A DNA stretch of 64,000 nt. Origin: Candidatus Calditenuaceae archaeon. GTDB taxonomy: Archaea; Thermoproteota; Nitrososphaeria_A; Caldarchaeales; Calditenuaceae. A model generated the notes under the pieces. The model ran no database searches. It was given only the letters and a program-made list of their open reading frames with translations, and was not told the origin of the DNA. How positions within the stretch are numbered: position 1 is the first letter of the stretch; each line of letters opens with the position of its first letter. Positions 53,244-61,341 of this stretch are shown here, one piece after another. The stretch lies in assembly GCA_025058055.1 (NCBI GenBank), contig JANXEU010000007.1, positions 379 through 64,378 of the forward strand, written 5' to 3'. The position numbers and the translations under genes are program-made.

Positions 53244-54815
53244 GTGGGCAATTGGGATACAAATGACGCACTAGAGTATCACGAGAACACCAAGCACAGC
53301 TACGTATCCGTTAGGCTGCGAGGGCGAGGTCTGGACTGGGAGAACATGCCTTACCCCTTCAAAGTTTACCCTGATGCACCTAGGGTCGAGCTTCCCAGTT
53401 CCTTTCCCTCACCAACCGCCACCCTCTTCGAGGCGCTGCGCCGTCCTGAATCGCGAACGCTCCGAGAGATCGAGCTGCCGCTGATCGCGGAGCTCCTCTT
53501 CTATAGTGCCGGCATCACCAGAATTAAGGACTACGGATGGGGAAGGGTCTACTTCAGGGCGGCAGCTGCCACAGGCAACCTCCACGAGACTGAGCTCTAC
53601 TTAGTCGTGGGTGGTGGAGGAGATCTGGAACCCGGAGTTTACCACTTCGATCCTTGTGAGTTCTGCCTGTCGCAGATCAGAAGAGGTGATTACAGGCAGC
53701 GCTTGGCTAGGTCTACGCGCTCGGCCGAAGTGCTGGAATCCGGCCTGACGGTCGTTCTCAGCTCCGTGGCGTGGAGGAACGCTTGGAAGTACGGCCCGAG
53801 GTCCTACAGACACTGGTTCTGGGACGGTGGCGCTCTATGCGCGAACCTGCTGGCCGTCTCGAGGGCCGAGGGTCTCGAGCCAGAGGTCCTGATGGGGTTC
53901 GTAGACGAGGAGGTCAACGCTCTGATCGGCGCCGAGCAGCCTAGGGAGGCGGCGATAGCAGTCGTGGCCCTGAAGGGGCTCGAGTCGAGCCACCCGGGCT
54001 CGAGCCCGTCCACCGACCCAATTCGGTACCGGCCGATGCCCTACTCGAGGCGCGAGGTCCAGTATAGAGAGATCGCTGAGGCCCACGCATCCTCCTGCCT
54101 CCGCGACGCCGACGAGGTGGCGAGGTGGAGGGACGGTGCCGGGCGGCTGAGGCCGACCAGCGACCTTGAGCCCCCTGCGGCCAGCTGGCTGTGGGCCGAC
54201 CTGCGCCCCCTACCGCTCGGCGAAGCGATCCTGTTACGGGGCTCGGCGAGGAGGTTCACCCAGACACCAATACGCGGCGAGGTGCTACGCGCCGTGACGT
54301 GGGCGATGTGCGCCCCGATCGAGGCTGACTTCGTCCCGAGAGGACTGACGACGCTGCTGGAGCGGTTCGCGATCGTGAACGCGGTCGATGGACTCGATCC
54401 AGGCTCCTACCTTCATGAGCGCGGGAGCCTCGAGCTCCGCCTCCTTAAGCCTGGGAACTTCAGGAGGGTAGCGGGGTACCTCTGCTTGGAGCAGGGCCTG
54501 GGGAGCGACGCCTCGGTCGTCTTCTTCCTGATGGCGAGGCTCGGGGAGGTCCTCGGACACATGGGCAACAGGGGCTACAGGGCGGTCCAGTTCGAGGCGG
54601 GGGTCAGGGTCGGACTGGCGTACCTAGTCGCGTACTCGCTGGGGATCGGCGCGACCGGGCTGACGTTCTACGACGACGTCCGGGAGTTCTTCGCGCCTGC
54701 CTCGGACGGCATGGAGAACATGATGGTGGTGGCGCTTGGGAACCCGTCCTACAGGTCCAGGCCCGGCAGGATTCACGTCCGGGAGTGCAGGCACCCGGCC
54801 TTTAGGAGGTCGTGA
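53244..54815 (+). CDS. Tandem-domain SagB-type dehydrogenase (nitroreductase superfamily; McbC/SagB-like)
   Basis: The N-terminal EYHENTKHSY is the SagB-domain hallmark. A second nitroreductase-like domain begins around LLRGSARRFTQTPI. This gene, especially its 3' half, is visibly more GC- and CpG-rich than the surrounding DNA. Confidence 0.7.
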   Translation: MGNWDTNDALEYHENTKHSYVSVRLRGRGLDWENMPYPFKVYPDAPRVELPSSFPSPTATLFEALRRPESRTLREIELPLIAELLFYSAGITRIKDYGWGRVYFRAAAATGNLHETELYLVVGGGGDLEPGVYHFDPCEFCLSQIRRGDYRQRLARSTRSAEVLESGLTVVLSSVAWRNAWKYGPRSYRHWFWDGGALCANLLAVSRAEGLEPEVLMGFVDEEVNALIGAEQPREAAIAVVALKGLESSHPGSSPSTDPIRYRPMPYSRREVQYREIAEAHASSCLRDADEVARWRDGAGRLRPTSDLEPPAASWLWADLRPLPLGEAILLRGSARRFTQTPIRGEVLRAVTWAMCAPIEADFVPRGLTTLLERFAIVNAVDGLDPGSYLHERGSLELRLLKPGNFRRVAGYLCLEQGLGSDASVVFFLMARLGEVLGHMGNRGYRAVQFEAGVRVGLAYLVAYSLGIGATGLTFYDDVREFFAPASDGMENMMVVALGNPSYRSRPGRIHVRECRHPAFRRS

Positions 54816-54858
54816 GGTCGGCCAACCCCTTTACTGTTATATGGGATGATTCAGCACT

Positions 54859-55437
54859 ATGATTATGGTGATGGACTCCAAGGTGAGGGCGATCACGAGG
54901 AGCGATGTGGTCACGATCGATGAGGACTCGACGGTCGAGGAGGCCGCGAAGCTGATGGGGTCAAAAGGGATCGGTGCGCTCGCGGTGACGAGGAATGGGA
55001 GGATCGTGGGGATCATCACGGAGAGGGATGTCCTCAAGCGCGTGGTCGCTGAGGGGAGGGACCCTAAGCTCACGAAGGTGAGGGACGTGATGACCTCGCC
55101 GCCGATAACCGTTGGCCCCGACACGACCATCAGGGAGGCGATAGACCTGATGAACAGGAGGAGGATCAGGAGGCTCTTGGTCGAGGAGGAGGGCAGGATC
55201 GTGGGGATCTTCACGCAGAGGGACATTCTCGCCCTTACGAGGATCTGCCTCTACTGCGTCAAGGAGGTCTCCCTGCTCGCCCCGACCGATGACGGCGAAC
55301 CTTTGATCGTCTGCGGTTGCGGAGCCATCTATCACAAGTCCTGCGCGACGACGGTCGTCTACTGCCTTGACTGCTCAACTAGATTGATCGAGGTGATTCG
55401 GGCACCAGCTCCGGAAGACACCTTGGCTGGCGACTGA
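54859..55437 (+). CDS. CBS-domain pair protein with C-terminal Cys-rich zinc-ribbon-like module
   Basis: Two CBS motifs (VVTIDEDSTVEEAAKLM...ALAVT, PITVGPDTTIREAIDLM...RLLV) are followed by CLYCVKE...CGCGAIYHKSCATTVVYCLDCS. Confidence 0.7.
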   Translation: MIMVMDSKVRAITRSDVVTIDEDSTVEEAAKLMGSKGIGALAVTRNGRIVGIITERDVLKRVVAEGRDPKLTKVRDVMTSPPITVGPDTTIREAIDLMNRRRIRRLLVEEEGRIVGIFTQRDILALTRICLYCVKEVSLLAPTDDGEPLIVCGCGAIYHKSCATTVVYCLDCSTRLIEVIRAPAPEDTLAGD

Positions 55438-55524
55438 GCACTCTTAGGTCTCACCCGCCGATCGCTAGAGGGTCTCACGAAGACTCAGTTGATATACGGG
55501 AAGCAGAAAAGAGCTCTAGGAGCG

Positions 55525-57084
55525 ATGACGTCTCAGGTGAGGTTCGAGGAGATCAGCCCAGCTGACTTCTTCTACAGGAATAGAGATCTGGCTGGGTTCA
55601 CAAATCCGGCGAGGTCGCTTTACATGTGCATTCGAGAGCTCGTGGAGAACAGCCTCGACGCGACCGAGATCATCAGGGTTCCACCGAACGTCTGGGTCCA
55701 GCTGGAACCGGTCAACGGCGAGAGCGAACGAATCCTCAAGTTGACGGTCAAGGACAACGGGGTAGGAGTCGATGGTGACAAGATACCGAAGGCCTTCGGG
55801 ACGGTCCTTTACGGCAGCAAGTACGGCTTCAAGCAGTCGAGGGGGACTTTCGGCGTCGGAGGCACGATGGCCTTGCTTTACGGCCAGATCACGACGAACC
55901 AGGCTTTCACGATTGCCTCAAGCACCGGGGGCAAGGAGATCCACGAGTACAAGATGATGATAGACATCGTAGACAACAAGCCGAAGGTCTTAGAACACAA
56001 AGTCCTCCCGAACCAGAGGCGGTGGAGGGGGACGATTGTCAAGGTAACGCTGGAGGGTGATTACGCCGGCAGCAGGTCCAAGATCCTTGAGTACTTCACG
56101 ATGAGCGCAATCGTCAACGCGAACGCCAACATCGTCTTCGTGGATCCGAGGTACCGACTCTACGTCTTCAGGAGAGTGATAGAGGATGTCCCCGAACCTC
56201 CAAAGGAGGGGAGACCTCACCCGCTGGGCGTGGACGTCGAGACTGTGAACAGACTGCTCGCCAACACCAAGTCGAGGGACGTTCGGTCATTCCTGGTCGC
56301 GGAGTTCCAGAGGATGGGCCCGAAGACCGCGGAGGAGGTGCTCAAGCTAGCGGGAATAGATCGCGACAGGAAGGTCAAGGACGTCTCCCACGACGAGGTC
56401 ACGAAACTCGTTGAGGCGTTCAAGAGCTACGGCAAGTTCAGGGCACCCGAGACCAGCACGATCAGTCCCGTCGGGGTCAAGTTCATCGAGGCCGGGCTCA
56501 GGGCGATCTATAGGCCCGACTTCCTGCACGTCGTTCAGAGACCCCCCTCAAGCTACTCCGGAATACCCTTCGTCGTGGAGGCGGCCATAGCATACGGTGG
56601 CTCAATCGAGCCCTCGGAGGAGATCCACCTCCTGAGGTTTGCGAACAAGATACCTCTGCTCTACGACGAGAAGGCCGACGTTTCTTGGAAGGTGATATCG
56701 GAGAGGATCGACTGGAGCTCTTACAAGGTCCAGAAGGGGATGCCTGTTTTGGTGCTGACAAGCGTCTGCTCGCCGAAGGTGCCCTACAAGACGGTCGGGA
56801 AGGAGGCGATCTCGGACCGGCCCGAGATCGAGAGGGAGCTCACGATCGCGATCAGGGAGTGCGCCAGGAACTTGAGACTCTACCTCAGCAGGCTAGAGAA
56901 GGGCGAGGCAGCCAAGAGGAGGCTTAGCGTCTACGCGAGGTACCTCCCGATGATCGCGAAGAACTCAGCCTACGTTGCGGGCACGGATCCACCGGACGTG
57001 ATGCCCTTGCTCAGATCAATAGGCGTCACGGCCCGGATGGTTGAGGAAGAGACGAGGGCTCTCGCCGAAGAGCTAGCTTCCTGA
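55525..57084 (+). CDS. top6B: DNA topoisomerase VI subunit B
   Basis: Bergerat ATPase fold motifs (YMCIRELVENSLDA, KDNGVGV, GTFGVGG), an H2TH region and the transducer domain. The ORF track starts at ATG 55489; Met 55525 (MTSQVRFEEISPADFF) fits the family N-terminus. Confidence 0.9.
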   Translation: MTSQVRFEEISPADFFYRNRDLAGFTNPARSLYMCIRELVENSLDATEIIRVPPNVWVQLEPVNGESERILKLTVKDNGVGVDGDKIPKAFGTVLYGSKYGFKQSRGTFGVGGTMALLYGQITTNQAFTIASSTGGKEIHEYKMMIDIVDNKPKVLEHKVLPNQRRWRGTIVKVTLEGDYAGSRSKILEYFTMSAIVNANANIVFVDPRYRLYVFRRVIEDVPEPPKEGRPHPLGVDVETVNRLLANTKSRDVRSFLVAEFQRMGPKTAEEVLKLAGIDRDRKVKDVSHDEVTKLVEAFKSYGKFRAPETSTISPVGVKFIEAGLRAIYRPDFLHVVQRPPSSYSGIPFVVEAAIAYGGSIEPSEEIHLLRFANKIPLLYDEKADVSWKVISERIDWSSYKVQKGMPVLVLTSVCSPKVPYKTVGKEAISDRPEIERELTIAIRECARNLRLYLSRLEKGEAAKRRLSVYARYLPMIAKNSAYVAGTDPPDVMPLLRSIGVTARMVEEETRALAEELAS

Positions 57085-57655
57085 TCAGGAGTAGAGCGGC
57101 ATAGGCTAACACGCCTGCGAGCGTGACCCATCCTATGAGGTCCACGTAGTTGAGGATCAGGTCGACCATGCCCTCGCCGTAGAACGAGAGGAAGAGGCTC
57201 ACGGGGATGAACCGGGCTGCACGCCCTATCGCAGCTGCAACGATGAACCCTTTAACGTCCCTCATCCCTAGAGCCCCGGCGCCGATGGTGAACACCTTGA
57301 AGGGGAGTGGTGTGAACGCGGCCAGTCCGACCGCGAGAGCACCGTAGCGATCGAAGTATCGCTCGAGAGCGGAGATGTTTCGCTTCCCCGCGACCCTGAG
57401 CAGCAGCGGCCTCCCGAACCTCCTTCCTAAATAGTAGCCTACCAAACCACCTGCGACCGAGGAGACGACCGTTATCGCGCCGTAGAGCGGGCCGTTGGCA
57501 GGGTCTAGCAGCACCATCGGTACCAGAAGCGCATCAGGTGGGACAGGGAAGAATATCGACTCGGTGAAGGAGAGCAGAGCCAGCCCGAAGGGGCCTATGT
57601 GAAGGAGGTGGTTCCGCGCGAACTCTATCATCGCCTCAAGCAGGTCCCTCAGCAA
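57026..57655 (-). CDS. DedA / SNARE-associated (TVP38/TMEM64) family membrane protein
   Basis: The DedA core (GPFGLALLSFTESIFFPVPPDALLVPMVLL...) is followed by a GRRFGRP loop. Its 3' end overlaps the top6B 3' end convergently by ~59 nt. Confidence 0.7.
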   Translation of the reverse strand: MLRDLLEAMIEFARNHLLHIGPFGLALLSFTESIFFPVPPDALLVPMVLLDPANGPLYGAITVVSSVAGGLVGYYLGRRFGRPLLLRVAGKRNISALERYFDRYGALAVGLAAFTPLPFKVFTIGAGALGMRDVKGFIVAAAIGRAARFIPVSLFLSFYGEGMVDLILNYVDLIGWVTLAGVLAYAALLLIRKLALRREPSSLPQPSGP

Positions 57656-57731
57656 CTGCTGTGTCCTAAAGCCGTTGATGATTTAAAGGTCCCTGACCAA
57701 AACCATTATACCGCCGAACCGGTGGAACTGC

Positions 57732-58529
57732 GTGGAGGTACTACTGGTTTACACGCGGCTTAAGGAGGCGAGCGTTGCTCTTGCGTCCAAACTCGAAAAC
57801 CTGATCTCGGGAAGTGGTCACCGCGTGACCGTTATGGACGTCGACTCCTTACAGGAGAGGCGGTTCGATGTGGACTTGGGTGTAGCCATCGGTGGCGACG
57901 GCACCATACTCAGGACCTTTTATCACCTCGAGGAACCAGAGACACCAGTTCTTCCGGTCTCGGTGGGAAGGGGAGGATATTTGGCCGAGGTGGGGCCGGA
58001 GATGGCTCAGGAGGCGGTGGAGAAGGTCGTCGGGGGCTCCTACTATACGGAGAGGCACATGAGGGTGAGGGTGGAGGTCGATGGCGACGTCGTCGCAGAC
58101 GCCGTCAACGACGCCTACGTCTCTGCCACGGAGCCCGGCAAGGTGATCGAGTACTCCATCGCACTCGACGGGTTCGTCCTCAACGGCATCGTCAGTGACG
58201 GTCTGGTGGTCTCAACTCCCGTGGGATCGACGGCCTACAACTTCTCCTGCGGAGGGCCTGCGGTGGACGACACGATGGAATGCTTCGTCATGGCCCCAGT
58301 CGCTCCGATCACGTATTTCAGACCGTTGGTCGTTTCGGGTCTTAAGACACTCGAGCTAAACGTTATAGGAGGCAGAGCGTCCGTCCTCTGCGACGGCTTC
58401 GCCAGGACTGACGTCACGAACTCCGTGAGGTTCTTCAGATCGCCTCACTACGCCGTCATCGTCAGGGTCGGCAGGGGGCCCCTCTTCGAGAGGAGGTTGA
58501 GGAAGAGGCTAGGTTGGACGGTGAGGTGA
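57732..58529 (+). CDS. ppnK: NAD(+) kinase
   Basis: AIGGDGTILRTF GGDG motif, NDAYVSATEPGK and VSTPVGSTAYNFSCGGP conserved blocks. The start is GTG per the ORF track. Confidence 0.8.
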   Translation: MEVLLVYTRLKEASVALASKLENLISGSGHRVTVMDVDSLQERRFDVDLGVAIGGDGTILRTFYHLEEPETPVLPVSVGRGGYLAEVGPEMAQEAVEKVVGGSYYTERHMRVRVEVDGDVVADAVNDAYVSATEPGKVIEYSIALDGFVLNGIVSDGLVVSTPVGSTAYNFSCGGPAVDDTMECFVMAPVAPITYFRPLVVSGLKTLELNVIGGRASVLCDGFARTDVTNSVRFFRSPHYAVIVRVGRGPLFERRLRKRLGWTVR

Positions 58530-58933
58530 AGAAGGACAGGTACGTGGTTTTGGACGCTACTCCATTAATCGTCAGCCCATCGGTCCCCACGGGCGAGGCT
58601 GTTGCCGTAACGACGCCCTCGGTCGTCTATGAGCTCCTCAGAACCACGTCAGAGGTTCAGGAGGCGCGAATCACGGCGCTGCTGGAGGCGGGCCACCTCA
58701 ACGTCATGACGCCGTCCAAAAGCTACTTGGAGAGGGTCTGGCGGTCTATGAACAAAAGGGAGAAGTCTGGCGCGTCGGAGGCTGACGTTGAGGTGATAGC
58801 CATAGCCCTGCAGCTGGCCGACGCTGGAAACGACGTCGTCCTCCTCTCAGATGACTCAGTCGTCCAGAAGGTCGCGGCGAAATTGGGGATCCGCTGCAGG
58901 GGGGTGAAGTATCCTAAGCGTGAAGGAGCATGA
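58514..58933 (+). CDS. PIN-domain protein (VapC/Nob1-like nuclease fold)
   Basis: Acidic quartet positions VVLDATP, ...SEADVEVIAIA and VVLLSDD. It overlaps ppnK by 16 nt and the next gene by 4 nt. Confidence 0.5.
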   Translation: MDGEVKKDRYVVLDATPLIVSPSVPTGEAVAVTTPSVVYELLRTTSEVQEARITALLEAGHLNVMTPSKSYLERVWRSMNKREKSGASEADVEVIAIALQLADAGNDVVLLSDDSVVQKVAAKLGIRCRGVKYPKREGA

Positions 58934-59817
58934 GGAGGTTCAGGGTCGCGGTGGTAGGGCATTTAGTCATAGACGAGGTCGTCGTCAAGGCCGGCTCTTA
59001 CTCCTCGATCGGCGGAGTGCCTACCTACGCTGGGCTTTCGATAGCCGCGCTGGGGCACGAGCCACACGCCGTGACCGTCGTCGGCGCCGACGGACTTCAA
59101 GCTCTGAAGGAGCTGGAAGGGCTCGGAGTCTCAGTTGATAGGGCCACGGTTTCCGGGGACCGAACCACGAGGTTCAGGATCGTTTACTCGGACGACCAGA
59201 GGGAGATGTGGCTGCTCAGCAGGGCACCGGACATACTCGTGGAGTCCCTGGGGGAGGAATTCGACGCGGTCTACCTAGGGCCGGTGGCTGGAGAAGTTAA
59301 GGCAGAGCTACTCGATAAGGCTAGGCTCTTCAGGTGGTCGCTGCTCGACCCTCAGGGTCTGATGCGCAGATTCGGCGAGGGAGGCAGGCTGACCTCCTTG
59401 GACCCCATCGATCCGGACGCGTTCAAGAGCGTCAGGGTGATCAAGCTCGCATGGGAAGAGGCTAGGGCCCTCGGATACAACAGCCCTGAGCAGGCTGTGA
59501 ACGAGCTGAGCCGGACGATCGGGTCTACCATAGCGGTTACTCTGGGAAGGAGAGGTGTCCTCGTCTCAAACGGCGACCGCGAAGTCAGGGGACGGATCGA
59601 TTTAGAACCGGTAGACGCAACGGGTGCCGGGGACGTCTTCGGCGGAGCCTTCTTGGTGGGTCTGATGGAGACAGGAGACCTTTCTGAGGCGACGGCCCTA
59701 GGCCTCTCTGCATCGGCCGAGAGGGTGATGAGGATGGGGCCAGTGAGGCTGGATGGAAACGCGATCAGGAGGAGGGCCAGAGAGACCCTCAGGAGGCTTG
59801 AAGTGAGCCGACGGTGA
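58930..59817 (+). CDS. PfkB-family carbohydrate/nucleoside kinase
   Basis: N-terminal GG region (VVGHLVIDEVV...GGVPTYAG) and C-terminal anion-hole motif VDATGAGDVFGGAF. Confidence 0.75.
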   Translation: MRRFRVAVVGHLVIDEVVVKAGSYSSIGGVPTYAGLSIAALGHEPHAVTVVGADGLQALKELEGLGVSVDRATVSGDRTTRFRIVYSDDQREMWLLSRAPDILVESLGEEFDAVYLGPVAGEVKAELLDKARLFRWSLLDPQGLMRRFGEGGRLTSLDPIDPDAFKSVRVIKLAWEEARALGYNSPEQAVNELSRTIGSTIAVTLGRRGVLVSNGDREVRGRIDLEPVDATGAGDVFGGAFLVGLMETGDLSEATALGLSASAERVMRMGPVRLDGNAIRRRARETLRRLEVSRR

Positions 59818-59832
59818 TCAGGTCTTCAAGGG

Positions 59833-60423
59833 TCACAGTTTGAGCCTGTTCACCAAGCTCCTTGCCAACTCCAGCTCCTCCGGCGAATCTACGTCCATCA
59901 GCTCCAGAGGGTCGACCTCGACGGCAACGGCCGACCCGATGTGACGCATCACCACCCTCTTTGCTCCCTCGTCGCCTTCTAGGGCCATCAAGTCCTTGAA
60001 GTACCTCGAGCTGAAGGCCACCGGGCTGCGAACCTCCCCAGCGACTGCGCAGTAAGCTATCCCTTCCCCACAGGCCTTCACCAACTTGTTCAGCGTTTCG
60101 GACCTCACGAAGGGCATGTCGCCGGGACAGATGATCACACCTTCAGCCCTCGCCATCACCGCTTCAACCCCCTTCCTTATGCTCGAGGACATCCCTGATG
60201 ACCAATCCGAGTTCAGGACCACCTCCACGCCCTTCGGCAGAACGCTCCGGACCCGTTCAGCCATGTAGCCGAGCACGACCACGACGGGACTGCATTCAGA
60301 GCCAAGAGCCGCCTCGACAACCCTCCTCACCACCTCCTTCCCCCCGACCTCTTCGACCAGCTTGAACCCTCCCCTCATCCTAATCGAGGCACCCGCACCG
60401 AGAACAATGGCCGCGAACCTCAT
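59833..60423 (-). CDS. MobA/MocA-like molybdenum cofactor nucleotidyltransferase (likely molybdopterin cytidylyl- or guanylyl-transferase)
   Basis: FAAIVLGAGASIRMRGG-KL (the GxGxSxRMG loop of MobA/MocA) and a C-terminal ...CPGDMPFV. The ORF track starts at TTG 60438; ATG 60423 is preferred. Confidence 0.65.
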   Translation of the reverse strand: MRFAAIVLGAGASIRMRGGFKLVEEVGGKEVVRRVVEAALGSECSPVVVVLGYMAERVRSVLPKGVEVVLNSDWSSGMSSSIRKGVEAVMARAEGVIICPGDMPFVRSETLNKLVKACGEGIAYCAVAGEVRSPVAFSSRYFKDLMALEGDEGAKRVVMRHIGSAVAVEVDPLELMDVDSPEELELARSLVNRLKL

Positions 60424-60462
60424 TCCATTTTCACCCAACTCAACGTAACATTCTTATACCAT

Positions 60463-60475
60463 CTTATTACAATAA
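60463..60475 (+). promoter_or_regulatory. TATA-like box (TTATTACAATAAT) upstream of small K-rich ORF
   Basis: It lies 18-30 nt upstream of ATG 60493. The divergent MocA-like gene starts on the other side. Confidence 0.35.
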
Positions 60476-60492
60476 TTGCTGAGTGATGGAAG

Positions 60493-60624
60493 ATGCCAGC
60501 TAAGAAGGTGAAGAAGAAGGCAGCGAAGAAGAAGGTGGCGAAGAAGGCTCCGGCCAAAAAGAAGCCGGTTGCCAAGCCACCGGAGAAGCCACCAGCACAG
60601 GCAGCCCCACCGGCCGGGACATAA
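60493..60624 (+). CDS. Unannotated 43-aa lysine/alanine/proline-rich basic protein
   Basis: ATG...TAA reads MPAKKVKKKAAKKKVAKKAPAKKKPVAKPPEKPPAQAAPPAGT, with host-like AAG/GCG codon usage. It is below the ORF-track size cutoff. The two listed minus-strand ORFs here (60420..60656, 60500..60706) are low-complexity antisense shadows (FFFAAFFFTF...). Confidence 0.4.
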   Translation: MPAKKVKKKAAKKKVAKKAPAKKKPVAKPPEKPPAQAAPPAGT

Positions 60625-60662
60625 GCTTCCCCAGGCCCCAACACAAGACGATGCATTTTTTG

Positions 60663-60911
60663 TTACTTCGCTTCCGTTCTCTTCGATCTGTTCCTGATCT
60701 CCTCAATTAGCTCCTCTCTGGTCTTACCCTCGGTAGGTATGCCAAGGCGCTCGGCCAGCCTGTAAACCTCGTCATCCGACCCGACCCGGGAGGCCTCAGC
60801 CTTCAGCCTTCCCAGAGTTCTCCCCCACCTCACCAGAACCTCTGGCTTCAATAGCACCCAGATGAGGATGATGGCCGCGATCAGCAGAAGGGCCTCTGTT
60901 ACCGAGATCAA
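60663..60911 (-). CDS. tatA: TatA/TatE-like twin-arginine translocase component
   Basis: A single N-terminal TM helix (LLLIAAIILIWVLL) is followed by the amphipathic KPEVLVRWGRTLGRLKAEA, like the FGPxKLPExxRxLG motif. Confidence 0.55.
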   Translation of the reverse strand: MISVTEALLLIAAIILIWVLLKPEVLVRWGRTLGRLKAEASRVGSDDEVYRLAERLGIPTEGKTREELIEEIRNRSKRTEAK

Positions 60912-60917
60912 TGGAGC

Positions 60918-61208
60918 TCACTTCTTCTCCTTGAGCTTCGCCGCGATCTCGTCCGCTATCTGATCCTTCGTCTTGCCCTCGGTCTCGATTCCGAGCGACC
61001 TAGCGATCGATATTATGTCCGCTGAGGACTGCGGAGCAGCGAGTGATGTGGGCTCGCCGACGCCCGATCTCAACTCCTCTTGAAGGTCCCTAGAGGCCCT
61101 TTCGTACTCCCTCCTCGCCTGACCTATCGCCCTAGCAATCTTCGGGATCTTCTCAGGGCCCCAGAGGAGTAAGATGGCAACTACAACGAGCACGATCACC
61201 CACTCCAT
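60918..61208 (-). CDS. tatA: TatA/TatE-like twin-arginine translocase component (tandem paralog)
   Basis: MEWVIVLVVVAILLLWGPEKIPKIARAIGQARREYERA is a near-canonical TatA TM+hinge+amphipathic helix. Its C-terminal tail is similar to the neighbouring paralog (LGIETEGKTKDQIADEI vs LGIPTEGKTREELIEEI). The ORF-track ORF 60918..61754 is an over-extension running antisense into rfcS. Confidence 0.65.
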   Translation of the reverse strand: MEWVIVLVVVAILLLWGPEKIPKIARAIGQARREYERASRDLQEELRSGVGEPTSLAAPQSSADIISIARSLGIETEGKTKDQIADEIAAKLKEKK

Positions 61209-61341
61209 GCCCTGGATCAAGGCCTTTTCCCAACCGCTGTTTCGCCCTCCACGTAAAAAGGTTTCCCGGCAACGCGCAGAGACCTGCACGGGGCTCGGAC
61301 TAGCTTTAACTAATATTGTGTGGTCGGGGGTAACTAACGGA

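Noticed and set aside
55772-56761. Multiple 60-87 aa ORFs on both strands within top6B
   Set aside because: They are alternative-frame artefacts inside a confidently identified gene. The translations are Arg/Ser/Pro-rich.
60420-60706. Two listed minus-strand ORFs (78 and 68 aa)
   Set aside because: Their translations are low-complexity (FFFAAFFFTF..., SSPPSSSLPSSSPS). They are the antisense of the lysine-rich 43-aa plus-strand ORF, which has a promoter and normal codon usage.
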